From: Eukaryota sp. TZLM1-RC
Taxonomy: Eukaryota; Protista; Metamonada: BaSk clade
NCBI GenBank assembly: GCA_040285825.1
Contig: JAUPSS010000009.1
Location: 310,001-374,000 of the forward strand
DNA: 64,000 nucleotides
Reading direction: 5' to 3'
Below are positions 1 to 11,172 of the stretch, one piece after another; position 1 is the stretch's first letter, and every line of letters begins with the position of its first letter. The notes under the pieces were generated by a model. The model saw only the letters and a program-made list of their open reading frames with translations, was not told where the DNA came from and made no database searches. The position numbers and the translations under genes are program-made.

Positions 1-266
1 TGGTATTTTTTGATTAGAACACAAAAACCGATAACAAAAAAAAATAAAAGCATAAAAAGATAAAAAAAAGATAAAAAGATAAAAGATAAAAAGCATGAAA
101 CCTATACTGTGTTATATGTATAGAATCTATAATAAACACATCTCCATTCTCAACGCTCTGCTGCCTATCATAGTGGCTTTACCTTTCTGTCCCAGAAGAG
201 GAAAAAATAAGGTTGATGTACTGCAAGTAGACCCTCAAAACTCGTTTGCCTCAAAGCAAATCTTCT

Positions 267-1280
267 ATGACCCTTAGATCTATACAAGACCTTTTACTCT
301 TTTGCTCTGACTTATCGTGTTCCAACTTTCTCCATTTCCTCAAATCAACACCATTCACTTATCAGTCCGATACATGCTTATCGAATCTTTTACTATGGGG
401 GCCTCAATTCAAAATACGTACCCTCATCCATGACGATCACATGTTTTTGGTCTCCAATTCTTCCAGTCCTTTCATTCTTGGTGCTCCCCTCGGCCCAGAA
501 CCTTGGAAGGCGTCTCTCTCCTTATTGTCACATACTTCCTTCTTTAATCCCCCACTCGTTTTTGAACGGTTTCCTGTTTCCATTATACCTCCTTTTTCTA
601 CGTTCTCTTTACCTGTTGAGGTCAGTTTGCAGCGAGAACACTTTGATTATGTCTATGAACTACAGAAACTTTCTCAGATATCTCTATGGAAAAGAAAAAA
701 ACGTCAACGGCTCAACAAGGTTCTTACCAAGTACATTGTCTATGTTCAATACTTTACTGACTTAAATTCCATTTTTCATCAAGGAGCAAAAGACTTTCAG
801 AAACAATGGATTCATGGTAAACCAAATTCGACCGGGCTTCATTCAGAATCTAGCAATCTAGATCTTTTATTTTCTGGACAAATAAACTTAGTAAATACTA
901 TAGGAGTTTTAATGTTCCTTCACGAACCTAATAATGGCCATCAGTCTCCAACTCTCACTGTTTCTGACGATCCTCCTCCTCCTGGGTTTAATTTAAATGG
1001 TTTTGCTTTATTTGAAAGGTTACCCCGTCCTTTTAGGGATTCATTTATGGCAGTAGTCCATGTAGAAAAGGCCAATTCTCTGGTTCAAGGTTGTTATCAA
1101 GCGCTTTGTTATGCAGAGGCTTTGGTCATGAAAAAGCTGTTTAAGGATGTAGGTTATGTCAATCGGGAACAGGATTTGGGGTTAGAGTCTTTGAGAGTCT
1201 CCAAGACTGAACTAGGACCATCATTTATGATTGAAAAAGGTAGGTTAAAGGCAAGTAATAAAACAGCTTTAAATTGTTGA
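267..1280 (+). CDS. Stand-alone DUF2156 / phosphatidylglycerol lysyltransferase C-terminal domain protein (aa-tRNA-dependent GNAT-like transferase), bacterial type
   Basis: First ATG at 267 (track start is TTG). Motifs 'DYVYELQKL', 'VHVEKAN..VQGCYQAL' and 'YVNREQDLGLESLRVSK' match the bacterial DUF2156 pattern (HIEKA...YINREEDLGxEGLRxAK). No introns. Confidence 0.8.
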   Translation: MTLRSIQDLLLFCSDLSCSNFLHFLKSTPFTYQSDTCLSNLLLWGPQFKIRTLIHDDHMFLVSNSSSPFILGAPLGPEPWKASLSLLSHTSFFNPPLVFERFPVSIIPPFSTFSLPVEVSLQREHFDYVYELQKLSQISLWKRKKRQRLNKVLTKYIVYVQYFTDLNSIFHQGAKDFQKQWIHGKPNSTGLHSESSNLDLLFSGQINLVNTIGVLMFLHEPNNGHQSPTLTVSDDPPPPGFNLNGFALFERLPRPFRDSFMAVVHVEKANSLVQGCYQALCYAEALVMKKLFKDVGYVNREQDLGLESLRVSKTELGPSFMIEKGRLKASNKTALNC

Positions 1281-1706
1281 TCTTTTAATTTCATATTGTT
1301 TTCCTTCTTTAATCAAAATTGATAGTAAACACCAACACACTGACTCCAAAGTAGAGCAAACATAATCTTAACAGAAGAGTTTTCTGCTTCGTTCTTACCT
1401 AAATGCCACAGTGGAGAAGAAGAGCTAAGAATGACACGTCACGCCAGCCATGAATAGGTTTTGGACAAAAATTAGTTAAAAATTGATTAACTAAATACGT
1501 GCATTAGTTGTGGATAATGGTTTGGAATGTTTGTGTTTCAACTAGAAGCACTATTTTTGTACATTAATTTACAAATACTCATAGTTTAGGTTCAGGTCAA
1601 CTAAAGCTTTTGCAGCTCAAATGTTATTGTAGTTTGATTTCAATCTATCTTGGTTTTTGTTAATGTGTCAGCCAAATATAATATTATTAAATAATATATT
1701 CACTCA

Positions 1707-2135
1707 ACCACAGAGGATCTATGCAAGACAAATGCTTTAAAAAATGCACAATCCGAAGTATCCTGCCTTGATGATTCAGAAATATACAAACAGAAGTTAT
1801 ATGGAAATCCTTTGAAAGAATTGAAACATGTTCTTCATTTTGACTACCAATTTTCCGCATTTGCTATATCTTTGTATGGTCGTCTGGGCAAGGTTGTCAT
1901 AAATTTTATTGATAATTTTGAAAATCTTGTAAAAAGAAAAATGAATAAGCGTTTTGATCGTCGTTTATGGTTAAATCGTATTGTTTTTACTATTTTCAAT
2001 ACACTTCCTAAAATGATTTCGAAAGCTTTGATGTCTGTCAGTGCACGTTGCGAAAAAATTGCTGTTGTACGGTTTGGTGGTGTGGAAGCTTGTTTTGGAG
2101 ATATTGATTTCTAAATTGTCTTTGTGAAAATAAAT
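1707..2135 (+). mobile_element. 5'-truncated CRE-like non-LTR retrotransposon remnant (RLE C-terminus, family B)
   Basis: Reads 'EDLCKTNA..KQKLY..FSAFAISLYGRLG..LWLNRIVFTIF..DIDF*' followed by AATAAA. Homologous to ORFs at 36461-36950 and 54294-54875. Confidence 0.75.
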
Positions 2136-2192
2136 TTAATTGTTTTACAAAAAATTAATTGCGAAGTCGTCATTAAAAACATTTCTAATAAT

Positions 2193-2976
2193 TTATTTAC
2201 AAGTAAATTCAGAAATTCCCAAAATTCTCTTATGCTTAGTAAACTGTATACAAGCAGACCCTTCACATCTTTCAAATATTTGTCCATTAATGCTGCACCA
2301 TGAACTGTCACCGTCTTCGTAAACGACGCACTTACGTTTCCCAATTAGTGCTGGTACTGATTTTTTTGTGGATGATCGCACTGCGTTGTCTGGAATTTCG
2401 GGAACAAGATATTCAATCAAGTCTTGGCAAGATACCCATGTAAAATAGTCAGGAATCTCTTGGCATTTACCAAATAACTTGGTGGACAGTTCATCGTTTG
2501 AACACCAAATCTGAATATCGAAATCTTGTATGCCAGCTTCTGCCCAAAATCTGTTTGTCAAAGTGTCCACAGCATACATTCCCGCTGTCACACCTAAACC
2601 AGGGCTGACTTCCACACTGTACAGGTGCCATAAGTTGATACCAAAATCGATGTAGTAAGTGCCCACCAGACACAGTGCTACCACTGCGAAAAATGAGAAA
2701 ACTATGATAAACATGGTGATGTGACATACATATGATTTTCTTTTTGGAGCGACGTTTCTTTGACTTGGCAGGATTTGCAGAGTCTGAGCACAATAATGGC
2801 ATTTCTTTACTTTCAGGACCCTCGGCCTTTAGACATAGAAGACAGACACAACAACAGCAACATAAAAGCAGCAAGATTACAACTGATCCAACAACAGTAA
2901 GTAAACAGAGATCTCCGATCCTACCTCCAACACAGTTGCAACCACTTCCTCCAAGACATATAGAAGAATCGATCAT
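2193..2976 (-). CDS. Predicted two-TM membrane protein with Cys-rich juxtamembrane stretch; exons 2976-2730 and 2701-2193 joined by a 28-nt intron (2729-2702)
   Basis: The overlapping track ORFs 2491..3048 and 2193..2714 join in frame on removing GTATGT...TTTATCATAG. The product reads TM1-CCCCCVC...KKRRSKKK-TM2 (IIFFSFFAVVALCLV). ATG at 2976 is tentative. Confidence 0.55.
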
Positions 2977-3136
2977 TTGAGAAGAAAACTCGTTTTCGAA
3001 TTTTTGTAAAATGTGAAGTTCTACATCATTGAACGTATTGAAATACAAGCCAAGTAATATTCAACTGATGCTACTCGTCATTTGGCTTCGCTTTTAGGAA
3101 ATTATGATGAAGTTATCAATGAATTATATCATTTTA

Positions 3137-3277
3137 TTTATTGAATTTGCACACTTAATTAATAACTCAATACTAATGGGACGACTATCATTGAATCAAG
3201 ATTTCCTCTACAAAATCTTGATCTGCTTGCTGTCTAGCTAAAGCTTCTCTTATTCGATTGAAAAACCGTGGTAATCA
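3137..3277 (-). mobile_element. 3'-terminal fragment of CRE-like element family A
   Basis: Reverse complement of the family A tail seen at about 49690-49829 and 4600-4740, ending in TTCAATAAA. Confidence 0.8.
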
Positions 3278-4745
3278 ATGAATTGTTTGATAAGTTGAGT
3301 TTTATTTCCGAGAGAATTAACCAAATATTGAAATTGGATGTACAGAATTATATCAAATTTAATCATTATAAGACTTTGTTTCAATTCCATTTTTAATCTT
3401 ATATTTCGATCTACAAATCCTCTCGTCACTAGGAGTTTGGCACAGAAGTTGAATGAATTACGTGCAAAAGTTTTGTCAAAATTACAAGGATGTAAAATGT
3501 TCCAAATTCCTAATCATGCATTTCTTAGTCCACAATATGGCGGTTTAGGTTGGAAATATGTCTCAATTCTTACTTCCTGTGCTTTTATCAGTAGATGCTG
3601 AAATGCAATTTTTGAATTGTCTAAAAGATTTGCAGATTGGGATGATTTATTATTGACAACACAAAGTTCTACTATTTTTGCATTAAATGAAGAAATTTCA
3701 AAAATTGATGTAGAAAAATGGAGTCAATGCTTTCCCCAATAATTCAACGGCAATAATGCAGAAAAGAATTATTTCAATTTAAAAAACACTCTTTGAACAT
3801 TACAAAAACGATTGACTGGAATTTATGAAAATGATCTTTATAAAAATATGTGCATCTCGGCTGTTTTAAATCAAGATCTTCATTCATTGTTATTGAAAAA
3901 AAATGTTTGTGAAAACAAGTCATCAGATTCTTCATTTTTTGTAACCATTGTACCACCAAGATTTTGGATTGTGTGCTTTTAATGACGCATTTGTAACAAA
4001 AATGAGCTTATATTTGAATATCTATCATTAATCAATTATTATTAAAAGAAAAATGTATTTGTTCGAATTCACCTCAGCTCACTTTGAGTCATGCTCTGAA
4101 TTGTTCGAAGTTGACAACTTATCGTTCTTCATTACATGATGCTGTTAGAGACACTGTTTTCAATATGGCACAAACTGAAAGAGTCTCGAGAATTGAAGAG
4201 CTTCTGCTGAGAGAAACACTTTCTCTGAATAATTTTTGTTCTGATGATAGAGGTGATGTATATTGTGGTTGGATTGAGAACTCTGAAGCTGTTGTTGACT
4301 TTGTATCATCTAATGTTGCAAATGACACTTTGGCTCAAAGAAGAAAACTTAATCCTGTAGATGCTCTCGAATTTAAGGCCCAAGAAAAACATAGAAAATA
4401 TGACAAAGATATCGAAGAAGCTAATGCTGATAGAAATAGACCACTTGTTTTTATTGCTTTTCCATTTTCTATAAACGTAAGACTATCAGTAGAAGCAGGA
4501 ACTCTTTTGAATAATGTCCAAAAACTGCTGCAAGAAAAAACAATGAAAGTATTTGGTATCTTTTTATGGTGCTCTCAAATTCAATTTGCCATTATTGATA
4601 GATTGTTTCAATTTTAATCGAATTAGAAAAGCTTTAGCTAGACATCAAGCAGATCAAAATTTGGTAGAGGAAATCTTTGTTCAATCAATTTCGTCCCATT
4701 AGTTATGAGTTTATTTTGTTAAGTTCGCAAGTTCAATAAATTTTA
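3278..4745 (+). mobile_element. Decayed CRE-like non-LTR retrotransposon (RT thumb region, CCHC knuckle, RLE endonuclease), family A
   Basis: Motifs 'LSPQYGGLG' (post-RT), 'CICSNSPQLTLSHALNC', 'LHDAVRD', 'DDRGDV', 'VVDFV', 'KAQEKHRKY' and 'FPFSINVRL'. Contains stops and frameshifts; ends in AATAAA. Confidence 0.8.
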
Positions 4746-6154
4746 ATATTTATCATTAAACAAATAGTTCAACCATACACAGTTTTTAGAAACAGATAAT
4801 ATAAAAAAACAATAGAACAACAACAAGTAACTTATAATGTCCTTACTGTGTCATTGAACAATCATGATTAAGCAGAAGACGACATAATTTCATGACTTTT
4901 TGAAAGCTTTAACGGACATGTTATGAAAGAAAGAAGAACATATACTACATCAACATTCACAAAAACTAGACAAACTGATATTGGTGAAAGTGTCCAGATC
5001 AGTCAGTTACTTCTTCAAAAGTAAATGTACGTTTTTGTGATAATTCTGTGTTTATCTCTATTTAATTTTCATAACATGATTCTATTCAGTAGTATGGTGG
5101 GCAAATATAGCAACCAATAACAGCTCATTAATCTTGACTGCAATCGTTGTATTGACGATTTGATCAATTGAGCAGTTTATTATTACAAAGTTATTTAACA
5201 AACAAACCATTTGACTACATTTACTAATTTCTAGGACTCAAGGGAAACTTTTAATGAAAAAACTTTTAAAGTTCAACTTTGTTTTCAAATTCAGTGTCTG
5301 TTTCAAAAGGCTCTCAACGAGCAGAAAAAATTGAATTACAATTAATAGTTGATTTTATTTAACCAAAAAGAAGAGTTGAATTGCTTACGAGACCTGTTTT
5401 GCAAAACTGTTCAAAAGTTGTCAAAACCCAGAAAATAAATGTGACGTTAGAGATCGTGATAAACCAGTGGAAACATATGTACAACCTACTTTTTTACGAG
5501 ACGTTTTAGGAGCAGAATGTCTGTAGAAGTAGGAGCAGAACGCAATCATCAAACTACAATATGAAAAAAAGGGAACTTATCATACTCTTTCAAACCTTAT
5601 TAGTGGAAGAGCCGTAGGTTCAATTTGTTTTTCTTAAACTAAAATTAGAGGGAAAGCGTGGTGGTATGTTTCCGAAAGTATGGGTGACCCTTCACAGAAG
5701 CACCTCTTCGCCTAGAAAATTCCAATACCATTATCTAGTACTTGATCAGTCCCCTGTTGATGGCTGCGCTGTGTAAAACAATATAAGCGGCATCATTATA
5801 ACAGGGTTCATTTCCGAGTTCTACCGTTTTAGATGGAAGTGTCTATATAGTGTTTTGTTTTAGCATCAAGAAAGAAGTATTAGATTTGATTCCTTGGACC
5901 AGTACCCGTACTAACGGTACAAGAGAAAACTCAACTGGATAGGTATAATCTAGATACATCTATATAAACAACGTGAAGATCAAGTTGTTGAATCATTTTG
6001 TTAATGTTTACCATAGATAATGAATTTATCATGGATTCAATCAAACAAAATTCAAAGATTGAACACAGAGAGTTCCTGATCGATTGCTCTTGTGCAATAT
6101 CCCAGAAAACGTCAAATTAAACTGAATAATAATACTTAAACACTCAAACTGTAT

Positions 6155-6564
6155 TCATTCTTCCTCAACAGGCAATATTTCTTGCAAAAACCTATACTTG
6201 TCAGGGTGCTTTTCTATACATTCTCTACTGGAGTTAAAATCGAAAGGAGGATAAAGACAAACAGGTGGTTGTTCTTCAATATACGAGCACCATGTACTTG
6301 TGCCAGGGATGCAGCTTCTTTCACTAGCCCAGTTATAAATAGATTAACAGAAGTTGCTGGGGTGAAATTAATGTTTCACAAACCAACAGCAGTCGGTACT
6401 GCTGAGTTCATTTTACCAATGTCTTCATTCGATTGAATGATCTTTTTTATGCGAGCAAGAGGAAAGACTGAATCTGATTTTCTAGAAGATCGTTTAGCTG
6501 AGAAGGAACCTGTGGATGGGAGTGGAGCTGTTCCTGTTTCTGTCTCTTGAGGTTGAGAGGACAT
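6155..6564 (-). CDS. DRAP1: NC2 alpha / Dr1-associated corepressor-like histone-fold protein; introns 6383-6357 (27 nt) and 6262-6228 (35 nt)
   Basis: Reads 'FPLARIKKIIQSNEDIGKMNSAVP', then after splicing 'ATSVNLFITGLVKEAA...HLRECIEKHPDKYRFLQEILPVEEE*'. Both introns are GTTTGT...CAG and restore the frame. Confidence 0.8.
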
Positions 6565-6643
6565 TGCGGTTATTATCGAAGAATTCTCCGTCAATCCATT
6601 TGTAACATTCACCAACCATCCTCTTCTTCTCTTTTACGAGCTG

Positions 6644-9490
6644 ATGGCTACCATCAATGTTTCTGTTCCCACAAGCAAATCTCTCAATTTACAGTCTTCT
6701 TCCTTACTGGGCGTTTCACTTGGTGGTTCTGAGGAAATTTTTTCTGAAAACCATCCTGCTTCTGATGCTCCCGAGTATTTTTTTGAACACCAATTTGCAT
6801 TTAATCAAGTTGATCAGTACCTTCTCAATACCCTCGTCTCTCAGTGTCTAAGGCTTCGAGTTTTGTCGAACGAAACACAGTCTAAATCTAAGGGAGGCAA
6901 ATCAACACCACTTCGCTCTCTCTACGAGACATCTATCAGCTTATCTTCTCTTATTAACAATGTCCCAATCTCTCAATGGGTAGAGCTTGACGGAGAAGCT
7001 GGTCTATTTGTTGAGGTTTCCCTTATTGAGCCGGACAATCTAGATCCTAACCATGGTCAATGGAAGTCTGTTGAAATGACAACATGTCACGTCACCAATT
7101 TGCCTGCACGTGTTTCTGATGACCAAAAAGATGGGTCATTTGTCTATTCACTTGAATTCTCTCTACCAATTAATGCCAATCAAGAACTTTCTTATGATTT
7201 CCCATTGGTTTATTCAAAGGAAACTCAATCACTTGAGCTTCCATCTAGTCAATCATTTTACATGTCAGAAGAAGCTTTTGACTGCTTGCTGACGTCAGCA
7301 GTCAGAAACTCTCAGTGGCCTGTTACTATTAATAGAAACAATTCACTCAAGAAGGGATCTGGCGAAGATCCAATGTCTATAATTTATAAAGGTAAAGCTA
7401 TCATTGACCTTTCAAGACTGGTCAAGCCTGGTCAAGATCTTTTTGAGCTTTCTGCCACATTCTCAACTGATAATGACGATCCACAATCTCTTTTATTTAA
7501 TATTAAATCAAGCAATAAAAAAATTAATTTATTAAACGATGAAAATGAAGGTAATCCTTATCGAGAATGTGACACCACATTAATTTTAACCTTCAAATTT
7601 TCTGAACCTTTTGTTCCGGAAAAGTTAGAACTACCCCCACCCAATAAATCTGTTTCTGATCTTTTAGGCTTGAAAGTATCAGAAAGTGAAGTCATGAAGT
7701 CAGAATTAAATGAATTGGAACTTGAGTTTAAGTCTTTGATTAAAGAAGTGATCAATTTTACTATGAACGAAATCGCTTCTGTTGATTCAGGTGAAATTTC
7801 TGATGAGGAATCATTCCAAGAGCTTCGGTCAGCGGTTCTTTATAATATTAACTCATCTGGAAAGATCTTACCAATCATGAATCAATTGATTGAATCTGCA
7901 ACGTCACTTGCAGTCAAAAATAACCTGACTAAGGAACCAATTGCAATCAATGTTTATGAGTATCTTCTGAATTTAGCCAATGCTCAACTAAATGTGCTCA
8001 GTTCAAGAAAAGAAGAAAACGATGCAAATGTTTTTGAATTGTATAAGAATATAATATTTGATTTCATTTTTCTTGAAGATTTTTCAAAGGCGATCCATTT
8101 CAATGAAAAACTTTGTGGTTTTCAGGATAACTCACTTTCTTTTCTTTTGCTTTCAATTGCCCATTCTTTGAATCAAAACCTTCCAGATTCTCAAGAAATG
8201 TTAAATAAATCATTAGAATTAAATATTTCCCACGCCGGCCTAGCGCTTAATTCTTTATTTGCCTTAAATAAGTCTGATTTTTCCCACGCAGAAACTTGGT
8301 TACTCCATCTATTTAATGATTCAGTTACAGTCAGTAAGGAAGTTAAAGTTAATGTGGATTGTGATTCTTGGAATTTAATCCCTTTCGTCTTTACTAACTC
8401 TAAGGAAATCATTCCTTTATTGTGTGTTTCTTTGTTAATAATAACATGTGAACTCTGTGGTAATTCGAAGAAAATGGCTCAATACCAAATTTTGTACAAC
8501 CAACTTTGCCCTAATTACACTCTTATTCCGACTTTGAATACAGTTTCAAAAGATGTTTCCCTTTTGAGTAGCCCTCATTTAGTTGTTTCTTTGTTTGCTT
8601 GTTCAATGGGATTTTATAACTTTGCTGAATTAATAGTAAAAGGAGAATTAAATTTACGAGGTCCTACTTCTGTGAGTCTTTCTTTACTAGGGTTTATTTA
8701 CTTTAACTTGGATTCTATTTCTGAAGCAGAAGATCAACTGAATTTGGCTAGTGAAATTGATTCCGAAAAATCATTTATCTATCATTACATGTGTGCTTTA
8801 ATTCAAATGAAAAAATCCATAAAGGAGGAGTCTCTAATCTCTGATACAATTCATAGTTTTAAACAATGTTTGAAGTATGAAGATGCTGTCTTAAACCCTT
8901 ATATATTTCATTCCTTGTCAAGCATTTTCTTGGATGAATCTAGTAATGAAACTTGGTCGCCGTACGATGCTTGTACAATTTTGACGGAGGCAGTTCAAAT
9001 TTTCCCGCATTTTCCATCTTTTTGGTCTAGTCTTGCTTGGTCTTGGCTCTGTCTCGAGAAACCTGAAGACGCTGAGCTGGCGGTCAGGAAAGCGATTGAA
9101 ATGTTTCCCTTTGATCCGAATTCATATGCCATTTACGCCAAAATCTGCATTGTTGATTCTAGTGCTGCCAAACAGTCACTAGCAATGCAACTCACCAATG
9201 AAGCTTTAAGACTTGAATTAAACAATATTAAACTCTTAAGATCCCTAGGGGACTCTTTTTTGGAGAATGGTAATTTTGACTATGCTCTTCCTCTCCTTCG
9301 AAGAGCCTTTTCAATGGAAGCTACCTCTACATTAAGCTTTTCTATAGGAAAATGTTTTTCTGCACTTGGTCGTTTTGAAGATGCTTTGACTTATTTCGAA
9401 AAGGCGCTTCAGCTTGGGTGCTCTGATGACAATTTGGCTAAGCAAATTCATGAAGAAAGTCACAATGTAAAGGAGCTTTTGGGTATTTAA
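6644..9490 (+). CDS. TPR-repeat protein with N-terminal C2-like region, CFAP70/TTC18-like ciliary protein
   Basis: 948-aa ORF with clear C-terminal TPRs ('IGKCFSALGRFEDALTYFEKALQL') and a beta-rich N-terminus ('YKGKAIIDLSRLVKPG'). The CFAP70 assignment rests on domain architecture. Confidence 0.6.
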   Translation: MATINVSVPTSKSLNLQSSSLLGVSLGGSEEIFSENHPASDAPEYFFEHQFAFNQVDQYLLNTLVSQCLRLRVLSNETQSKSKGGKSTPLRSLYETSISLSSLINNVPISQWVELDGEAGLFVEVSLIEPDNLDPNHGQWKSVEMTTCHVTNLPARVSDDQKDGSFVYSLEFSLPINANQELSYDFPLVYSKETQSLELPSSQSFYMSEEAFDCLLTSAVRNSQWPVTINRNNSLKKGSGEDPMSIIYKGKAIIDLSRLVKPGQDLFELSATFSTDNDDPQSLLFNIKSSNKKINLLNDENEGNPYRECDTTLILTFKFSEPFVPEKLELPPPNKSVSDLLGLKVSESEVMKSELNELELEFKSLIKEVINFTMNEIASVDSGEISDEESFQELRSAVLYNINSSGKILPIMNQLIESATSLAVKNNLTKEPIAINVYEYLLNLANAQLNVLSSRKEENDANVFELYKNIIFDFIFLEDFSKAIHFNEKLCGFQDNSLSFLLLSIAHSLNQNLPDSQEMLNKSLELNISHAGLALNSLFALNKSDFSHAETWLLHLFNDSVTVSKEVKVNVDCDSWNLIPFVFTNSKEIIPLLCVSLLIITCELCGNSKKMAQYQILYNQLCPNYTLIPTLNTVSKDVSLLSSPHLVVSLFACSMGFYNFAELIVKGELNLRGPTSVSLSLLGFIYFNLDSISEAEDQLNLASEIDSEKSFIYHYMCALIQMKKSIKEESLISDTIHSFKQCLKYEDAVLNPYIFHSLSSIFLDESSNETWSPYDACTILTEAVQIFPHFPSFWSSLAWSWLCLEKPEDAELAVRKAIEMFPFDPNSYAIYAKICIVDSSAAKQSLAMQLTNEALRLELNNIKLLRSLGDSFLENGNFDYALPLLRRAFSMEATSTLSFSIGKCFSALGRFEDALTYFEKALQLGCSDDNLAKQIHEESHNVKELLGI

Positions 9491-9764
9491 TTTTGTATTT
9501 TATTTAATAAATTTTAATTTAACAATGTTCAATGATTAATGCAAGAAGATTTCATTACTGACTCTCACTATTTGAAGTTCATGAAAGAAAAAGTTTGGAA
9601 CTAATTAATATTGGAAGGCCGTGAATTAATTAAGACCGTTTTCAACAAGCTTGCTTGTAGTGACGAAAAAGACAAAAACAAAAAGAACAAAACAAACTTA
9701 CATTATATTGATAACCATTTTACTCATGCTTCCTAAACAAAAGTAACCAAAAAAACATGAACAA

Positions 9765-9905
9765 TTTTATTTTTAAGGGGATGTTGAAGATGGTTTCTGA
9801 TGCTTTGCTTTCTCTTGGATCTCACTATGAGAGAGTTGCATCTAGTGTTTTTGTTTTGGGAGAGATGGATTTTTTAGATGTTGATTTATAGGTTTAGAAT
9901 AAAAT
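9765..9905 (+). mobile_element. Short 3'-end remnant of CRE-like family B
   Basis: 'KGMLKMVSDALLSLGSHYERVA...DFLDVDL*' followed by AATAAA resembles the C-terminus at 2000-2114. Confidence 0.6.
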
Positions 9906-10250
9906 TAAATTTTAAAAAAAAACATGAACAATGATTTTTTACAAGCAAAAAAGAAGAACAGCTACTATGATGCCATACTGTGGAATTGTGTTAGAAACTT
10001 TCAAGGTTCTACTTTTTTGTTGTTTAGTCCCACAACACTTATAGATACAGTGTCATTGGATTTTAATTTATATCTGACTAAACATTTCATAAAAATCAAT
10101 TCGCGCCAGATAAAGCAACTCGAAAAGGTGAATCTCTGGTTTTCTCTCGAAAAGCTATCTCGTATCTTCGAAATTCCAGTCGAAGATTGTCAGGAAATTG
10201 CCACAAAAGAAATACAAACAAAAGGCCATTCTTAAACAAACGTTTGCTTT

Positions 10251-11060
10251 ATGGTCACATTCCCAGATCATCAGCAGCTCCTAAATGCTATTCCTCAACG
10301 TCATTCCCGTCGATCTTTTGATCCAGCGAAACCTGTATCTCTTGAGATGATCGATAAACTCAAGACCTTTGCCACAGAATTTAGACCCTTTGATGGAATA
10401 CGCACAGAAGTCAAAGAATGTCTTCCTGAACTCCCAATTTTCAAGGGGATCGTAGGTGGTCTAGGTAAAGCTTCAGGTGCTCCCATATTTGCAGCAGTAA
10501 TCGTTGATACTCAGCAGCAAGCTCATGCTGCTAAAGCCGGTATAATATTCGAATCATTTGTACTGAAATGTACCGAACTAGGACTGGGGACATGTTGGAT
10601 TGCAGGCACTTATAACAAGGCCAATGCCAACCAATATTTTAGCTTAAAACCTAACGAGAAGATTCTTTCTGTCACCCCAATCGGCTATCCGGTAGAACGT
10701 AAGGGCTTTGGGGAGAAAATGCTTTCCACGTTGTCTGGAAGCCATAAGAGAAGATCTTTGTCAGATATTGTTCTCTCGGACATTCCTGACCAAACTTGGG
10801 TCCATTCTGCACTTGAAAACGTCCGTATTGCTCCATCGGCAGTGAATCGTCAACCCTGGCTTATCTCCTATGAAAATAACACTTATTCGTTCTTTTTTAA
10901 TGGTTCTGATACCCCTAATTATTCAAAGGCCATGGATGTTGGTATTGCCATTGCACATTTCTTGCTAACCATTCCCGTTGGTAAGAATTACGAATTGAAC
11001 TTTCATTCCATTGACTTCCAACAAGAATTATCTCTTGTAGCTTCTGTTAGAATTCTTTAG
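10251..11060 (+). CDS. Nitroreductase family flavoprotein (bacterial type)
   Basis: Motifs 'AIPQRHSRRSF', 'LKCTELGLGTCWIAG', 'IGYP', 'RIAPSAVNRQPW' and 'DVGIAIAHF'. No introns. Confidence 0.9.
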   Translation: MVTFPDHQQLLNAIPQRHSRRSFDPAKPVSLEMIDKLKTFATEFRPFDGIRTEVKECLPELPIFKGIVGGLGKASGAPIFAAVIVDTQQQAHAAKAGIIFESFVLKCTELGLGTCWIAGTYNKANANQYFSLKPNEKILSVTPIGYPVERKGFGEKMLSTLSGSHKRRSLSDIVLSDIPDQTWVHSALENVRIAPSAVNRQPWLISYENNTYSFFFNGSDTPNYSKAMDVGIAIAHFLLTIPVGKNYELNFHSIDFQQELSLVASVRIL

Positions 11061-11172
11061 GTATTTGTTGTAAATGAATTTATTGTGTTTTATTTCTAAA
11101 CAATTTAAATTACAATTTCCAAGTAGAAAAATAATCAAATACCACTTCTAAAATAGCTGGAAAAAACTATTC

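Noticed and set aside
30-100. Telomere-like repeat
   Set aside because: Irregular A-rich low-complexity tract with no fixed unit.
2491-2714. Genuinely overlapping genes, or a stop codon created by polyadenylation
   Set aside because: A consensus-matching 28-nt intron explains the overlap more simply.
9924-10235. 103-aa ORF upstream of the nitroreductase
   Set aside because: No recognisable motif, AT-rich and adjacent to a retroelement tail; cannot be supported as a gene.
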